From: Escherichia phage EcNP1
Length of the DNA stretch: 64,000 bases
Reading direction: 5' to 3' (one strand)
Sequence record: NC_054910.1
Below are positions 34,365-43,064 of the stretch, piece after piece (within the stretch, counting starts at the first letter, position 1; every line of letters begins with the position of its first letter). The position numbers and the translations under genes are program-made. A model generated the notes under the pieces. It saw nothing but the letters and a program-made list of their open reading frames with translations. It was not told the origin of the DNA and ran no database searches.

Positions 34365-34637
34365 TTATTTGTTTGTATACATTTCTAGATATCGATATAC
34401 ACCCTCAAAACCCTCATTGAATTCGTCGATGAGGGTTTTCTTATCTTCTTGGGTTAATTCAGAAACAATTTTACGGAATGAATTCTGATTTAACTTTCTA
34501 CCTTCATATGTTACTCCAATCTCATTCAGAAATGCAATAAAATTAGCACGATTCTCAACAATATCTTCTCTGGAAAATTTAATCAAAATAGACGCAACAG
34601 TAATAATTTCACGAACTGTATCAATGTTTTTATTCAT
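34365..34637 (-). CDS. asiA: anti-sigma70 factor AsiA
   Basis: 90 aa, MNKNIDTVREIITVASILIKFSREDIVENRANFIAFLNEIG; matches T4 AsiA. Confidence 0.95.
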   Translation of the reverse strand: MNKNIDTVREIITVASILIKFSREDIVENRANFIAFLNEIGVTYEGRKLNQNSFRKIVSELTQEDKKTLIDEFNEGFEGVYRYLEMYTNK

Positions 34638-34645
34638 TAACTATA

Positions 34646-34801
34646 CCACTCAATTAGTTGACTTTATTATAATATCATCAGACACTTGATTTGTAAACTG
34701 GTCTGTGTTATTTTCTTCAAAAATTTTTTCTGCGAATTCCTTGAACGACTCGCGTTCCTGAGCTACATTATGCTCGATTACCATTTCAAGATTATGACTC
34801 A
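34646..34801 (-). CDS. possible small ORF (about 51 aa) between arn and asiA
   Basis: Read by eye: MSHNLEMVIEHNVAQERESFKEF...; ATG overlaps arn stop; below ORF-track size cut-off; contains the asiA promoter. Confidence 0.35.
34668..34698 (-). promoter_or_regulatory. early promoter for asiA
   Basis: Minus strand GTTTAC, about 18-nt spacer, TATTAT/TATAAT. Confidence 0.5.
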
Positions 34802-35077
34802 TTCGAAATAATCTTCAATTTCGTAATCATGGACGTAAATCATTATAGTTTTTAATACATCATCAATACTTTTTCCTGGAGCTGGAATTACGTAAAAATA
34901 TCCTGCTTTTGAGAGGTCTTTATAAGTTCCAACCAAGAAATCATTATTCTCGAGATGTAGTTCTTCAACTAATTCATTAACAATTGAGTGGTATAAATTT
35001 GGTAGAAGCTTATATAGCTTTTCTAGAATATCAATTTTGATTGTATATTGAACCACAGATTGAGAATCAATAATCAT
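34799..35077 (-). CDS. arn: Arn anti-restriction nuclease (McrBC inhibitor)
   Basis: 92 aa, MIIDSQSVVQYTIKIDILEKLYKLLPNLYHSIVNELVEEL; matches T4 Arn. Confidence 0.9.
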   Translation of the reverse strand: MIIDSQSVVQYTIKIDILEKLYKLLPNLYHSIVNELVEELHLENNDFLVGTYKDLSKAGYFYVIPAPGKSIDDVLKTIMIYVHDYEIEDYFE

Positions 35078-35160
35078 AGACCTTCCCCTTATGTTTCTGT
35101 TTGCGATTAGATTCTTTAAACGCTTTCTTCTTATCCTTATGGACAGAAGCTTTATTAAAA

Positions 35161-35379
35161 TTATGTTTTGCGACTAAATTGTTCATAGTGCTGAATTACC
35201 TCTCTTAAACATTTGCATGTGAATGAAAACTTTTTAGCTACACCACATTCAAATATATGTTCTCTTAAATCACGTGTGTCAGTATATCCCATCTCAACAA
35301 TAAAATGCCGTATTAGATTTTTATCTTTATCATTGAGAGAGTTAAAATAATCGGATTTTGAATTAATTTCCCTGGCCAA
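35161..35379 (-). CDS. hypothetical protein (72 aa)
   Basis: ORF track; Cys-containing small protein. Confidence 0.5.
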   Translation of the reverse strand: MAREINSKSDYFNSLNDKDKNLIRHFIVEMGYTDTRDLREHIFECGVAKKFSFTCKCLREVIQHYEQFSRKT

Positions 35380-35659
35380 ATTGAATCACCTTCAGTTGAC
35401 GTTTTAGTTCTTTTATCATTTCTTCGTTCATCGCAATATAAAGATCACGTAAAGCAGGTTTTAGCATTCCATTTATTGGGGAACTAAATGGACATACATA
35501 ATCTTTTCCTACGAGCTTTTTAGTGAATTCCATATTACAGAACTGAAATGCCGGCTCATTGGCATAAATTCCCCATTTGGTTGACATCATTTTATTGGCA
35601 TATTCCAATGCTTGGATTTGATTCATAATTCCATCAATTTGAAACTTTTTAATATTCAT
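35363..35659 (-). CDS. hypothetical protein (98 aa)
   Basis: ORF track. Confidence 0.55.
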   Translation of the reverse strand: MNIKKFQIDGIMNQIQALEYANKMMSTKWGIYANEPAFQFCNMEFTKKLVGKDYVCPFSSPINGMLKPALRDLYIAMNEEMIKELKRQLKVIQFGQGN

Positions 35660-36120
35660 TAGTAAAGGTCCTCAGAGTAAAGTTCTTTTTCACTACCGCC
35701 ACGTTCAATACGTACTTGTCCAGCGTAAGTTGCAATAATCATTGCTTCTTCGCGGGTCCAATAATTACTATATTGGTCAATAAATCCTTGGTCATCATCA
35801 CAAACTTGTTGAGTAACTAATTGAGGTTTAACTACATCTAAAACTTCTGCCATATCTTTAGAATAATGACGAGCACCTGGAATAACAAGAGTTCGTCCAT
35901 CTTTTAATTTAAAACGGTTGGCTGCGCAAACAATTCGTCGTTGATATTTTTGATTTTCGTCCCAATATGCAGACTGCCAACAAATTTCAGGAACTTCATC
36001 TAAAACATTTTGTTCTGTGTATTCACCACTGTAAGAAGCTAATTTAGCAGCCAAACTTTCTGGGGTCTCACGTGACAAAGCTTTATCTAACAGAGCTAAA
36101 CGTTCTTTAAAAGTTTTCAT
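35659..36120 (-). CDS. hypothetical protein (153 aa)
   Basis: ORF track; coupled. Confidence 0.55.
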   Translation of the reverse strand: MKTFKERLALLDKALSRETPESLAAKLASYSGEYTEQNVLDEVPEICWQSAYWDENQKYQRRIVCAANRFKLKDGRTLVIPGARHYSKDMAEVLDVVKPQLVTQQVCDDDQGFIDQYSNYWTREEAMIIATYAGQVRIERGGSEKELYSEDLY

Positions 36121-36446
36121 TTAAACCATCCTTTAATACGCTGCCACAAAGTTTTCTGTTGAGCTTTGTTAACACCAATTGAGCGAATAACTGGTTGAGA
36201 TTCCTGGAATTCTTTATAATCAGCAAGGTAAATTTCGTAAGCTGAATCTGTAAAGGAACTTATCGCTGCCATGAAATTATTGCGAATACCTACTGGAGCA
36301 TCTTTACTTTCACGAATAATCATGTATTTGCCAGTCTTAATCTTTACGATGGTTCCAAGATAAGCTCCATGGTACCAGATATCCCACCCCTCTTGAGTGG
36401 GTTCTGCACAACGACGAAGTTCATTGATAATTTCTAACTTGTTCAT
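36117..36446 (-). CDS. hypothetical protein (109 aa)
   Basis: ORF track; coupled, directly upstream of motA. Confidence 0.55.
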   Translation of the reverse strand: MNKLEIINELRRCAEPTQEGWDIWYHGAYLGTIVKIKTGKYMIIRESKDAPVGIRNNFMAAISSFTDSAYEIYLADYKEFQESQPVIRSIGVNKAQQKTLWQRIKGWFK

Positions 36447-36456
36447 TATTTATTCC

Positions 36457-37092
36457 TCACAGTTCAGATGCTACGGTGATTACAGCTTCAATGTTTTCTG
36501 CCGAGCGTTTAATGTCAAGATACACATTACCATTTTTAGCGATTTTACATGACATTCCGATATCAGTAAATTTCTGAATATGATGTTCCATCATTTTGTA
36601 TCCAAAAATTCGCATATTTCCATTGTTGTTAATTTCAAAATTACGAATTCCGTGAGTGCGTTTTTCTAAAATAGCAAGATAGTTACTACGATAAGTTTCA
36701 ACCTTTTTAAGAACAAATCCATTTTCATCTAAAAGTTTTAGCATGAGGTCTTTATCTTCTTCCATATCGGAAGTAATCTCGCGAGCTTTACGAGTTGCTC
36801 GTTTTTTCAGCAGTTCCGGAGCATTTTCCTGCGCGTATAAAGTTGCTGCATTTGAAATAATATCCTGAGCTTCACCAGTAATGATTAATCCATCACCAGA
36901 TTTCTCCACCAGGCCTTTTTTAATCAATACCCCAATATTACTATTAACTACTGCATTACCTAAATCTGGATGCACCTCACGAACTTCTGCAGCTGTAATG
37001 AAATCTTTCTTAGCAATGGTAATTAAAATCGCAGCAGTTTTTTCATTCAGAACATCGTTAGAAGCTTTGATGATGTAAGTTACTTTAGACAT
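36457..37092 (-). CDS. motA: middle-transcription activator MotA
   Basis: 211 aa, MSKVTYIIKASNDVLNEKTAAILITIAKKDFITAAEVREV; matches T4 MotA. Confidence 0.95.
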   Translation of the reverse strand: MSKVTYIIKASNDVLNEKTAAILITIAKKDFITAAEVREVHPDLGNAVVNSNIGVLIKKGLVEKSGDGLIITGEAQDIISNAATLYAQENAPELLKKRATRKAREITSDMEEDKDLMLKLLDENGFVLKKVETYRSNYLAILEKRTHGIRNFEINNNGNMRIFGYKMMEHHIQKFTDIGMSCKIAKNGNVYLDIKRSAENIEAVITVASEL

Positions 37093-37133
37093 TTTCTAAT
37101 CTCCGTAATTCTGTATCAGTAGTTGATAGTTGT

Positions 37134-37163
37134 ATAGTACCACAGTATGCTTTGGTTGTAAAC
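37134..37163 (-). promoter_or_regulatory. early promoter for motA
   Basis: Minus strand AAAATTTTTTCACAAAACGGTTTACA, 18-nt spacer, TGGTACTATAC; same cassette as at 20769 and 40990. Confidence 0.55.
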
Positions 37164-37185
37164 CGTTTTGTGAAAAAATTTTAAA

Positions 37186-37213
37186 ATAAAAAAGGGAGAG
37201 CCGAGGCTCTCCC
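37186..37213 (-). terminator. rho-independent terminator upstream of the motA promoter
   Basis: Minus RNA GGGAGAGCC-UCG-GCUCUCCC followed by UUUUUUAUUUU. Confidence 0.7.
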
Positions 37214-37218
37214 TAAAA

Positions 37219-37368
37219 TTACTGCATGACTGTGATAACTGTCATGATAACACGTTGAATGCCGAACGCAAGAAGACCTCCTGCTACAGCTGGAACAACA
37301 CCTAAACCCGCCAGTAAAATGCCACCGGATACTAATGCAGCGCTTGTAATACCTATGAATGGACTCAT
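37219..37368 (-). CDS. small hydrophobic Gly-rich membrane peptide (49 aa)
   Basis: Read by eye: MSPFIGITSAALVSGGILLAGLGVVPAVAGGLLAFGIQRV...; ATG overlaps gene 52 stop; terminator hairpin right after its stop. Confidence 0.45.
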   Translation of the reverse strand: MSPFIGITSAALVSGGILLAGLGVVPAVAGGLLAFGIQRVIMTVITVMQ

Positions 37369-38693
37369 TTGATTTCCTCTAAATCTTTGGTGTATTCTGT
37401 AACTACATCAGTAGTTTTCCAATATTCGTTTTCTTCTTTCTTAGCTTTAGCTTCTTCAGCAAGTTTCTTTGCTTCGTCGGAAGTCATATGAAAAATATTC
37501 ATTCCGACTAGTTTATCAACATAAGAAGAATACATATCAATTTTAGAAAGTTCTTCGGTCAGTTCTTTGCGAGTTTTACCTTGTACAACAATTTCACCTG
37601 AAATTACTTTCTTAATGAAATGTGCCTTGGCAAAGGCTAAACGAAATGCTGATTCAGTTTCTTTGATTTTGTTATCAATTCGTTTTTGGACATAAGTTTT
37701 ACGAACTTCAACGAAGTCTTTGATTAAATCAACTACGTTATCGTAAACTTGTAGCTTTCCTTTCTCGTTGATGACTGTAATATTTTGGGAACGACGCTCA
37801 ATCAACCCGAAGTCTTTCATGATTTTTGCATGGCGTTCTTCTTCGTTATCACTCAAAGAGTATTCTTTGCGGAATTTAACTTTAAAGCCAAAACCATGCT
37901 CACCACAAGCATCATCCCATGTAATGAAGCCTTTATCTTCAAGCGGGTCTAAGATTTTACTCACATAAGTTTCACGATCATACTTATACGGAATCTCAGT
38001 GATATTCATTTGAGTTCGTGAAGTAAACTTGTACGTTCCACGAATTTCATATTGGCCATCAATTTCAACGACTTCACCACGAAATTCTGGAAATTCTACC
38101 TTCGGTTTAGTTACTTTCTTTCCTTGAAGAGCTTGTAGTACAGCTTTCTTGACAGAAGAAACACTATGAGGAAGAATGTAAGTTGCATAACCAGTTGCAA
38201 TACCGGAAACACCATTAAGAAGAACAGTAGGAATAATAGGCAAATAGAAAGCAGGAGGAATGTGTTCTTTATCTTGATGTACCGGAGCATATTCAGTATC
38301 TTTATATACGTTATAGAAATTTTTACTTACACGAGCAAAAATATAACGACTCGCCGCTGCTTTTTGAACGGTACGAGAACCAAAGTTTCCTTGACCATCT
38401 AACAAAGGAAAGTTATTATTCCAAGTGTTAGCCATCAAAGCCCCCGCATCTTGTGCAGAGTTTTCACCATGATGATATCCAAGGTCAGCTACACCACCTG
38501 CAATAGAAGCAAGTTTGTGAAACTTATCTTTATTTCCTCGCGCCAAATCAAGAGCTCGAGCAATAACAAATCGTTGAACTGGCTTAAATCCATCAATCAT
38601 ATTTGGAATAGCACGATTTTCAACCGTGTACATAGCATAAGCCAGTGCTTCATTATCAATGATACTTTTTAAATCGCGATTATTCAGTTGCAT
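37365..38693 (-). CDS. 52: DNA topoisomerase II medium subunit gp52
   Basis: 442 aa, MQLNNRDLKSIIDNEALAYAMYTVENRAIPNMIDGFKPVQRF; GyrA-like N-terminus; T4 gp52 length. Confidence 0.95.
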   Translation of the reverse strand: MQLNNRDLKSIIDNEALAYAMYTVENRAIPNMIDGFKPVQRFVIARALDLARGNKDKFHKLASIAGGVADLGYHHGENSAQDAGALMANTWNNNFPLLDGQGNFGSRTVQKAAASRYIFARVSKNFYNVYKDTEYAPVHQDKEHIPPAFYLPIIPTVLLNGVSGIATGYATYILPHSVSSVKKAVLQALQGKKVTKPKVEFPEFRGEVVEIDGQYEIRGTYKFTSRTQMNITEIPYKYDRETYVSKILDPLEDKGFITWDDACGEHGFGFKVKFRKEYSLSDNEEERHAKIMKDFGLIERRSQNITVINEKGKLQVYDNVVDLIKDFVEVRKTYVQKRIDNKIKETESAFRLAFAKAHFIKKVISGEIVVQGKTRKELTEELSKIDMYSSYVDKLVGMNIFHMTSDEAKKLAEEAKAKKEENEYWKTTDVVTEYTKDLEEIK

Positions 38694-38697
38694 AAAT

Positions 38698-38838
38698 TTA
38701 CCATACTAGTGAATGTAGTGCCATAATAACATCAGAAATGAAAAGCACGACTTGAATTAATCCGAACATTACTCCATAATATAGCGCTACCAATAAAGTA
38801 GCAAGGGCTAATGAATAGCCCAAGATTTTCTTAATCAT
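38698..38838 (-). CDS. small hydrophobic peptide (46 aa)
   Basis: Read by eye: MIKKILGYSLALATLLVALYYGVMFGLIQVVLFISDVIMALHSLVW; immediately upstream of gene 52. Confidence 0.4.
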   Translation of the reverse strand: MIKKILGYSLALATLLVALYYGVMFGLIQVVLFISDVIMALHSLVW

Positions 38839-38989
38839 TGGTAGATAACAACACAAATGTTAAATATGCACACATACCCTGGGCTAAAGCTTGTGAAAAC
38901 ACACTGCTAGCATCGATACAGATAGTTAAAACACATGCTACTATCCAACAAATAAATGAAATAACTCCTAATAATTTTGCGATATTCAT
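38831..38989 (-). CDS. small hydrophobic peptide (52 aa), possibly ac-like
   Basis: Read by eye: MNIAKLLGVISFICWIVACVLTICIDASSVFSQ...; T4 has the 51-aa membrane protein Ac near here; assignment tentative. Confidence 0.4.
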   Translation of the reverse strand: MNIAKLLGVISFICWIVACVLTICIDASSVFSQALAQGMCAYLTFVLLSTND

Positions 38990-38996
38990 ATTTTCC

Positions 38997-39077
38997 TCAC
39001 TGGCGTCCGAAGACGCCTTTAGTTTTAAGATTGTTACGATAGAACTGCATTACATGTTCGTTATGGAAATTACTCAT
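38997..39077 (-). CDS. stp: Stp peptide (26 aa, activator of host Prr anticodon nuclease)
   Basis: Read by eye: [26 protein letters not shown], matching recalled T4 Stp; ATG overlaps ndd stop. Confidence 0.75.
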
Positions 39078-39532
39078 TAATATGCCTGCAAAACAAATTT
39101 AAAGTTATCAGCCAACATACGATTCATTTCTTCAAGCGTTTGATACTCAGAATGATGATTACGAGTAAACGCTAAAGCTAACTGACCTTTTCCAAATCCC
39201 GTCGTCAGAGGTTTCATCTTAGAAGCAGGTAGATAAAATACCGTGTATGGAACATTGTTATTTGCAATAGTACGCGCAAGCTGAGATCGACGCTGGCGAA
39301 TATGACTTAGAACTGCACTGAATCCTTGCTTAGAACGCTGATTACCTACATAAAATCGCGCAGATACACACGGACTATCAAATGGACCACCAAATTTGCT
39401 TACTAAAAAGTAAAATCCAGGGTTAGACAAAATGTCTTTATGTGGAGTTCCAAAAACCCATTCACCGCCTTTGATTGTACCAATAACAGTTGCGCCTGCA
39501 TTATTCAAATCAGTAACAGTCATATATTTCAT
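39077..39532 (-). CDS. ndd: nucleoid disruption protein Ndd
   Basis: 151 aa, [49 protein letters not shown]; matches T4 Ndd. Confidence 0.9.
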
Positions 39533-39591
39533 GTTATTTTCCTCTAATTATTTTCTACTCCAAGGCCGCATGAATACACACGGCCGATAAA

Positions 39592-39807
39592 TTAATCGTC
39601 GCAGTCGACGCTCAATTCCCAGAACTCTTCTACAGTATAAGTTTTAGTATCATTTTCAATACAGAAACGTTCATTACTGTTATTTGCTAAAGTAGCGTTA
39701 ACTGTCATTTTCTCGCTAGTGCTTTTAAGAGGTGAAATACGAATTAACTGATCACCATTATCTAAACAGAAAATTTCACCGACCTTTACATCTTTAAAAA
39801 TTTTCAT
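39592..39807 (-). CDS. hypothetical protein (71 aa)
   Basis: ORF track; GAGGTGA RBS. Confidence 0.5.
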   Translation of the reverse strand: MKIFKDVKVGEIFCLDNGDQLIRISPLKSTSEKMTVNATLANNSNERFCIENDTKTYTVEEFWELSVDCDD

Positions 39808-39815
39808 AATTCACC

Positions 39816-39923
39816 TCAAGGAGTATAAAATCCAAACGCAGTTGTTGACCATCCCATCCAGTATGGGAAATTTGCACCAATGTAAAACATAAGAATATAA
39901 AACCAAATGCTTAGTAAATTCAT
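39816..39923 (-). CDS. mini hydrophobic peptide (35 aa)
   Basis: Read by eye: MNLLSIWFYILMFYIGANFPYWMGWSTTAFGFYTP; ATG overlaps upstream ORF stop (TAATG). Confidence 0.4.
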   Translation of the reverse strand: MNLLSIWFYILMFYIGANFPYWMGWSTTAFGFYTP

Positions 39924-40120
39924 TATTTTACACCATTCCAAATTGTTTCAACCACAGATTTTAAGCCATTTTGATGAATGTCCATTCCGACAACCGTCAT
40001 CAAATAGATTCCAACCACAACTGAACCCAAGGCGAAAATCAGCCAGAAAATGAATAAAGCTGGAAAAATATTATCGAAAAACCATTCAATAAATGTAAAA
40101 GCACTACGTTTACGCTTCAT
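39923..40120 (-). CDS. small membrane protein (65 aa from internal ATG)
   Basis: Track ORF 39923..40141 trimmed to MKRKRSAFTFIEWFFDNIFPALFIFWLIFALGSVVVGIYL; GAGGAAA RBS. Confidence 0.5.
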   Translation of the reverse strand: MKRKRSAFTFIEWFFDNIFPALFIFWLIFALGSVVVGIYLMTVVGMDIHQNGLKSVVETIWNGVK

Positions 40121-40127
40121 ATTTTCC

Positions 40128-40241
40128 TCACATAAATCCAAAGTAAGCGTTTAATACATCAATCATTAAAACGATTGGGAATATACTCAAAACTACTAGT
40201 ATTATAACTACATTCCATATAGCTTTAACAATCTTTTTCAT
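40128..40241 (-). CDS. mini hydrophobic peptide (37 aa)
   Basis: Read by eye: MKKIVKAIWNVVIILVVLSIFPIVLMIDVLNAYFGFM; GGAGGA RBS; first gene after an early promoter. Confidence 0.4.
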   Translation of the reverse strand: MKKIVKAIWNVVIILVVLSIFPIVLMIDVLNAYFGFM

Positions 40242-40269
40242 TTTCTGTTCCTCCGTAGTTGATAGAGTA

Positions 40270-40299
40270 ATAATACCACAGAGGAACAGTCTTGTAAAC
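40270..40299 (-). promoter_or_regulatory. early promoter in the ndd-denB mini-ORF cluster
   Basis: Minus strand A10 tract, GTTTAC, 17-nt spacer, TGGTATTATTA. Confidence 0.5.
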
Positions 40300-40310
40300 A
40301 ACTTTTTTTT

Positions 40311-40409
40311 TTAAAAATATTCGTAATAAATGTGAATACCAATCACCACTGCCGAAACTTGCGCAACCCACCACGCACAAGCAATAAGTACAGAATTCAA
40401 AATTTTCAT
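40311..40409 (-). CDS. mini hydrophobic peptide (32 aa)
   Basis: Read by eye: MKILNSVLIACAWWVAQVSAVVIGIHIYYEYF; ATGA overlap with upstream mini-ORF. Confidence 0.4.
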   Translation of the reverse strand: MKILNSVLIACAWWVAQVSAVVIGIHIYYEYF

Positions 40410-40492
40410 AATAACCTCATCACAAAAGTAAATGTTAAACAAATTAATGGAATACTAATTAACCAAACGAAACACCACCATAATGAACTCAT
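40406..40492 (-). CDS. mini hydrophobic peptide (28 aa)
   Basis: Read by eye: MSSLWWCFVWLISIPLICLTFTFVMRLL; ATGA overlap with the 90-aa ORF stop. Confidence 0.4.
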   Translation of the reverse strand: MSSLWWCFVWLISIPLICLTFTFVMRLL

Positions 40493-40761
40493 AGTTCAAT
40501 CTCAGCGATTTTCATTTCATTACTATTAATAGCCGCTTTAAGACTATCTGAAAGAATTACATTCCAGTGGTCATTCATATGACCATTAACTAAGCGTGTA
40601 ATTTCTTCGGGAGTTGAAAAATAAGGCGTATCAGACTCCCAGTGCGATAGTCCCAAGCGAGTATAAATCATACCTTCATCATCGATAGAATATTCAACTG
40701 ACACAAACTCATCAGTTATTTTATGTTTAGCGTAATAAAATTTAAATTTCATTTTACTCAA
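40489..40761 (-). CDS. hypothetical protein (90 aa)
   Basis: ORF track; coupled. Confidence 0.55.
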   Translation of the reverse strand: MSKMKFKFYYAKHKITDEFVSVEYSIDDEGMIYTRLGLSHWESDTPYFSTPEEITRLVNGHMNDHWNVILSDSLKAAINSNEMKIAEIEL

Positions 40762-41063
40762 TAATCCGCTAAAAGATCGACAATTGCATCACGAAGACAC
40801 TTATTCGCAATACGTTTAAGAGCAATTTCAGTTTCTGGAGCATTTTGAATAATCATTGAATTCAATTCAGCCTCAGCAAACTGAAGTTCTTTAACTAATT
40901 CAGCTTTATATTTTCCTTGCCCTTTCTTAGCTTTTGCTCGTTTTAATTCAGCTGTAGTAAACATTTTATTCTCCAAATCCGTATCAGTTGATAGTTGTAT
41001 AGTACCACAGTCCTTGTGGTATGTAAACTGTTTTGTGAAAATTTTTAAATGGAAAGATACCAT
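40758..41063 (-). CDS. hypothetical protein (101 aa)
   Basis: ORF track; early promoter upstream. Confidence 0.5.
   Translation of the reverse strand: MVSFHLKIFTKQFTYHKDCGTIQLSTDTDLENKMFTTAELKRAKAKKGQGKYKAELVKELQFAEAELNSMIIQNAPETEIALKRIANKCLRDAIVDLLADY
40990..41019 (-). promoter_or_regulatory. early promoter
   Basis: Minus strand GTTTACA, spacer, TGGTACTATAC; copy of the 37134 cassette. Confidence 0.5.
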
Positions 41064-41602
41064 CCGCTGTAGTTGCTTTTTCTTACAACCTTACGAAGGT
41101 CTTCTCTATCACCGATGAACTTCGGAGTGTACTGGATGACACCTGGATGAATTTCTTTAGTGTTGAATATAATTATACAGTCAGCGACTTGATGATTTAG
41201 AATGGGCCCTAGATTTATTCCAGAACCGTATGGATACTCTCCGCTGCATCCGGTTGTTACCGAAATCCAACGTGAGTCAGTTTGATGTGTTTTGACTTCT
41301 ACACGAAGCCCGCAGTATTTTGGATGCGCCAGTACATCCCACGCATATGTATACGGGTCATTAACATCCTCTTGGCCTTTGTTAACATACCCGCTTAGCC
41401 AATCTGCTACAAAAAACTCTGCGTACACCGCGATACGGCATCTTTCGATAACTTCTGCTTTATCCTGATTTGGATTTTGTTTTAAAGAGTATCTTGCTGT
41501 ATCAGCAATTTTGACCTTCATTTCACTAGTCAAGTCACTGTTCGATAGGGTAAATGTCGGAATCTGAAATAGTCTCTGTAAACCCGGATTCGTTTTCTGC
41601 AT
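41045..41602 (-). CDS. denB: endonuclease IV
   Basis: 185 aa (T4 EndoIV length), MQKTNPGLQRLFQIPTFTLSNSDLTSEMKVKIADTARY; position between ndd cluster and rIIB. Confidence 0.8.
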   Translation of the reverse strand: MQKTNPGLQRLFQIPTFTLSNSDLTSEMKVKIADTARYSLKQNPNQDKAEVIERCRIAVYAEFFVADWLSGYVNKGQEDVNDPYTYAWDVLAHPKYCGLRVEVKTHQTDSRWISVTTGCSGEYPYGSGINLGPILNHQVADCIIIFNTKEIHPGVIQYTPKFIGDREDLRKVVRKSNYSGWYLSI

Positions 41603-41855
41603 TTAGACTTTCCTTTTTACCGCTGAGATAAGCGTTATATACTTTAAGAGTACCATAATAAATTCTGTCATTTTCATCTAAAGACTCACGGTCGAGTTCC
41701 TTTTTATCCATGACTATAACATCATTACAGTAAAGAAACCCAAGTTTTTCGTGACCAAACTCAAATTTATTGCAGTACACAATATTAGCGTGATGATTTC
41801 CGTGTAGATTAATCTCTTTTATGTCGGAATCACCGATATTCATACAATAAATCAT
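41535..41855 (-). CDS. hypothetical protein (106 aa)
   Basis: ORF track; 3' end overlaps denB start by 68 nt in another frame. Confidence 0.45.
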   Translation of the reverse strand: MIYCMNIGDSDIKEINLHGNHHANIVYCNKFEFGHEKLGFLYCNDVIVMDKKELDRESLDENDRIYYGTLKVYNAYLSGKKESLNAENESGFTETISDSDIYPIEQ

Positions 41856-41891
41856 AATTTCCCTTAAAACAAAAGGGCCGAAGCCCTTATT

Positions 41892-42086
41892 TTATTTGAA
41901 TTGTGCAATTCTTTTCTCTAAACAATCTGCGTAAGATTTCATTGAGATAAATTGTGAAAGCAACAGTTCTTGTTCAACTTCATTAATCGTTATAAACTTT
42001 GTGCTTTCTAAAAATTTGCTCAGTGCATTAATTTTGAGCATTAATTGATCGTATTCTTCTTTTACTCGTGCTTGATAACCTAACAT
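41892..42086 (-). CDS. hypothetical protein (64 aa)
   Basis: ORF track; flanked by GGGCUUCGGCCC hairpins. Confidence 0.5.
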   Translation of the reverse strand: MLGYQARVKEEYDQLMLKINALSKFLESTKFITINEVEQELLLSQFISMKSYADCLEKRIAQFK

Positions 42087-42114
42087 AATTTTCCTTAGTT
42101 AAGGGCCGAAGCCC

Positions 42115-43053
42115 TTATTTGAATTGTTCAGTAACGTCTTCAATTACTTCGTATTGGCAGGTACGCATTTTAGCATCGTTGTAATCAATCGGAATTGATA
42201 CTACATCGCGAGGATGTACTTTAACTTTTACAACTCGGCTGGTTGAACTGCCAAAGTGACGAATATAAGATTTAGAACACACATGCAGACCACGAGAACA
42301 AGTTTGTGTATCATCGTCATTCACACGAGTACGTGGCATTTTAACTACTTTGCCAGGACTGTTATCAAAAGTATTTGAATGACAGTCAAAGTAATTACTG
42401 CGAACTACTTTCCAAGCATAGAAGTAACCGTCTTCTGTAATTTCAATATCGTTTGCTACCAAGAAATCAAAGAGTCGAGATACCGCTTTTTGGCTCGGGT
42501 TTTCCAACAGATTTTCCAAGAACGGAAAATAAAATTCAAAGTTTTCACCTTTTTCCATCGAATCGAGAATACGATCAACTAAACCAGACCGCAATTCAAT
42601 ATTTTGATAGAACAAGCTTCCACCTTCAATTCGAACATCACCGGAAATATATTTTTCAACAGCGCGACGAACGTTAATTTTTTGCGCTGCTTCTTCCAAT
42701 TTATCTGCAACAAGCAGATTAAGAATTTCCTGGAAGTTTGAATGAGTATTAGGAGTTGCGTTATAAGTTACACCGTCAACAGTAATTGAAATGAATTTTT
42801 TAGATGCATTCCAAATAATGTCAGATTTAGCAACTGGAGCAATAGCTGCATCACTCTTAACTGTAACTGTAATGTCACCGCTAATGGTAACTTTGGAGCG
42901 CTCAGCTTCTTCAGCATTTTTCAAAACACGACGGATTGTGTCCACCGATACACCTTGCCAATCAGCCAATTCCTGTTGGGTATAATTACCGCTTGAATAC
43001 AATTTAACAATTTCAGCTTGTTCGTTTTTGGTCAGGCATTTAATATTGTACAT
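42115..43053 (-). CDS. rIIB: rIIB rapid-lysis/exclusion protein
   Basis: 312 aa, MYNIKCLTKNEQAEIVKLYSSGNYTQQELADWQGVSVDTIRRVLK; matches T4 rIIB. Confidence 0.95.
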   Translation of the reverse strand: MYNIKCLTKNEQAEIVKLYSSGNYTQQELADWQGVSVDTIRRVLKNAEEAERSKVTISGDITVTVKSDAAIAPVAKSDIIWNASKKFISITVDGVTYNATPNTHSNFQEILNLLVADKLEEAAQKINVRRAVEKYISGDVRIEGGSLFYQNIELRSGLVDRILDSMEKGENFEFYFPFLENLLENPSQKAVSRLFDFLVANDIEITEDGYFYAWKVVRSNYFDCHSNTFDNSPGKVVKMPRTRVNDDDTQTCSRGLHVCSKSYIRHFGSSTSRVVKVKVHPRDVVSIPIDYNDAKMRTCQYEVIEDVTEQFK

Positions 43054-43064
43054 AATTTTCCTTA

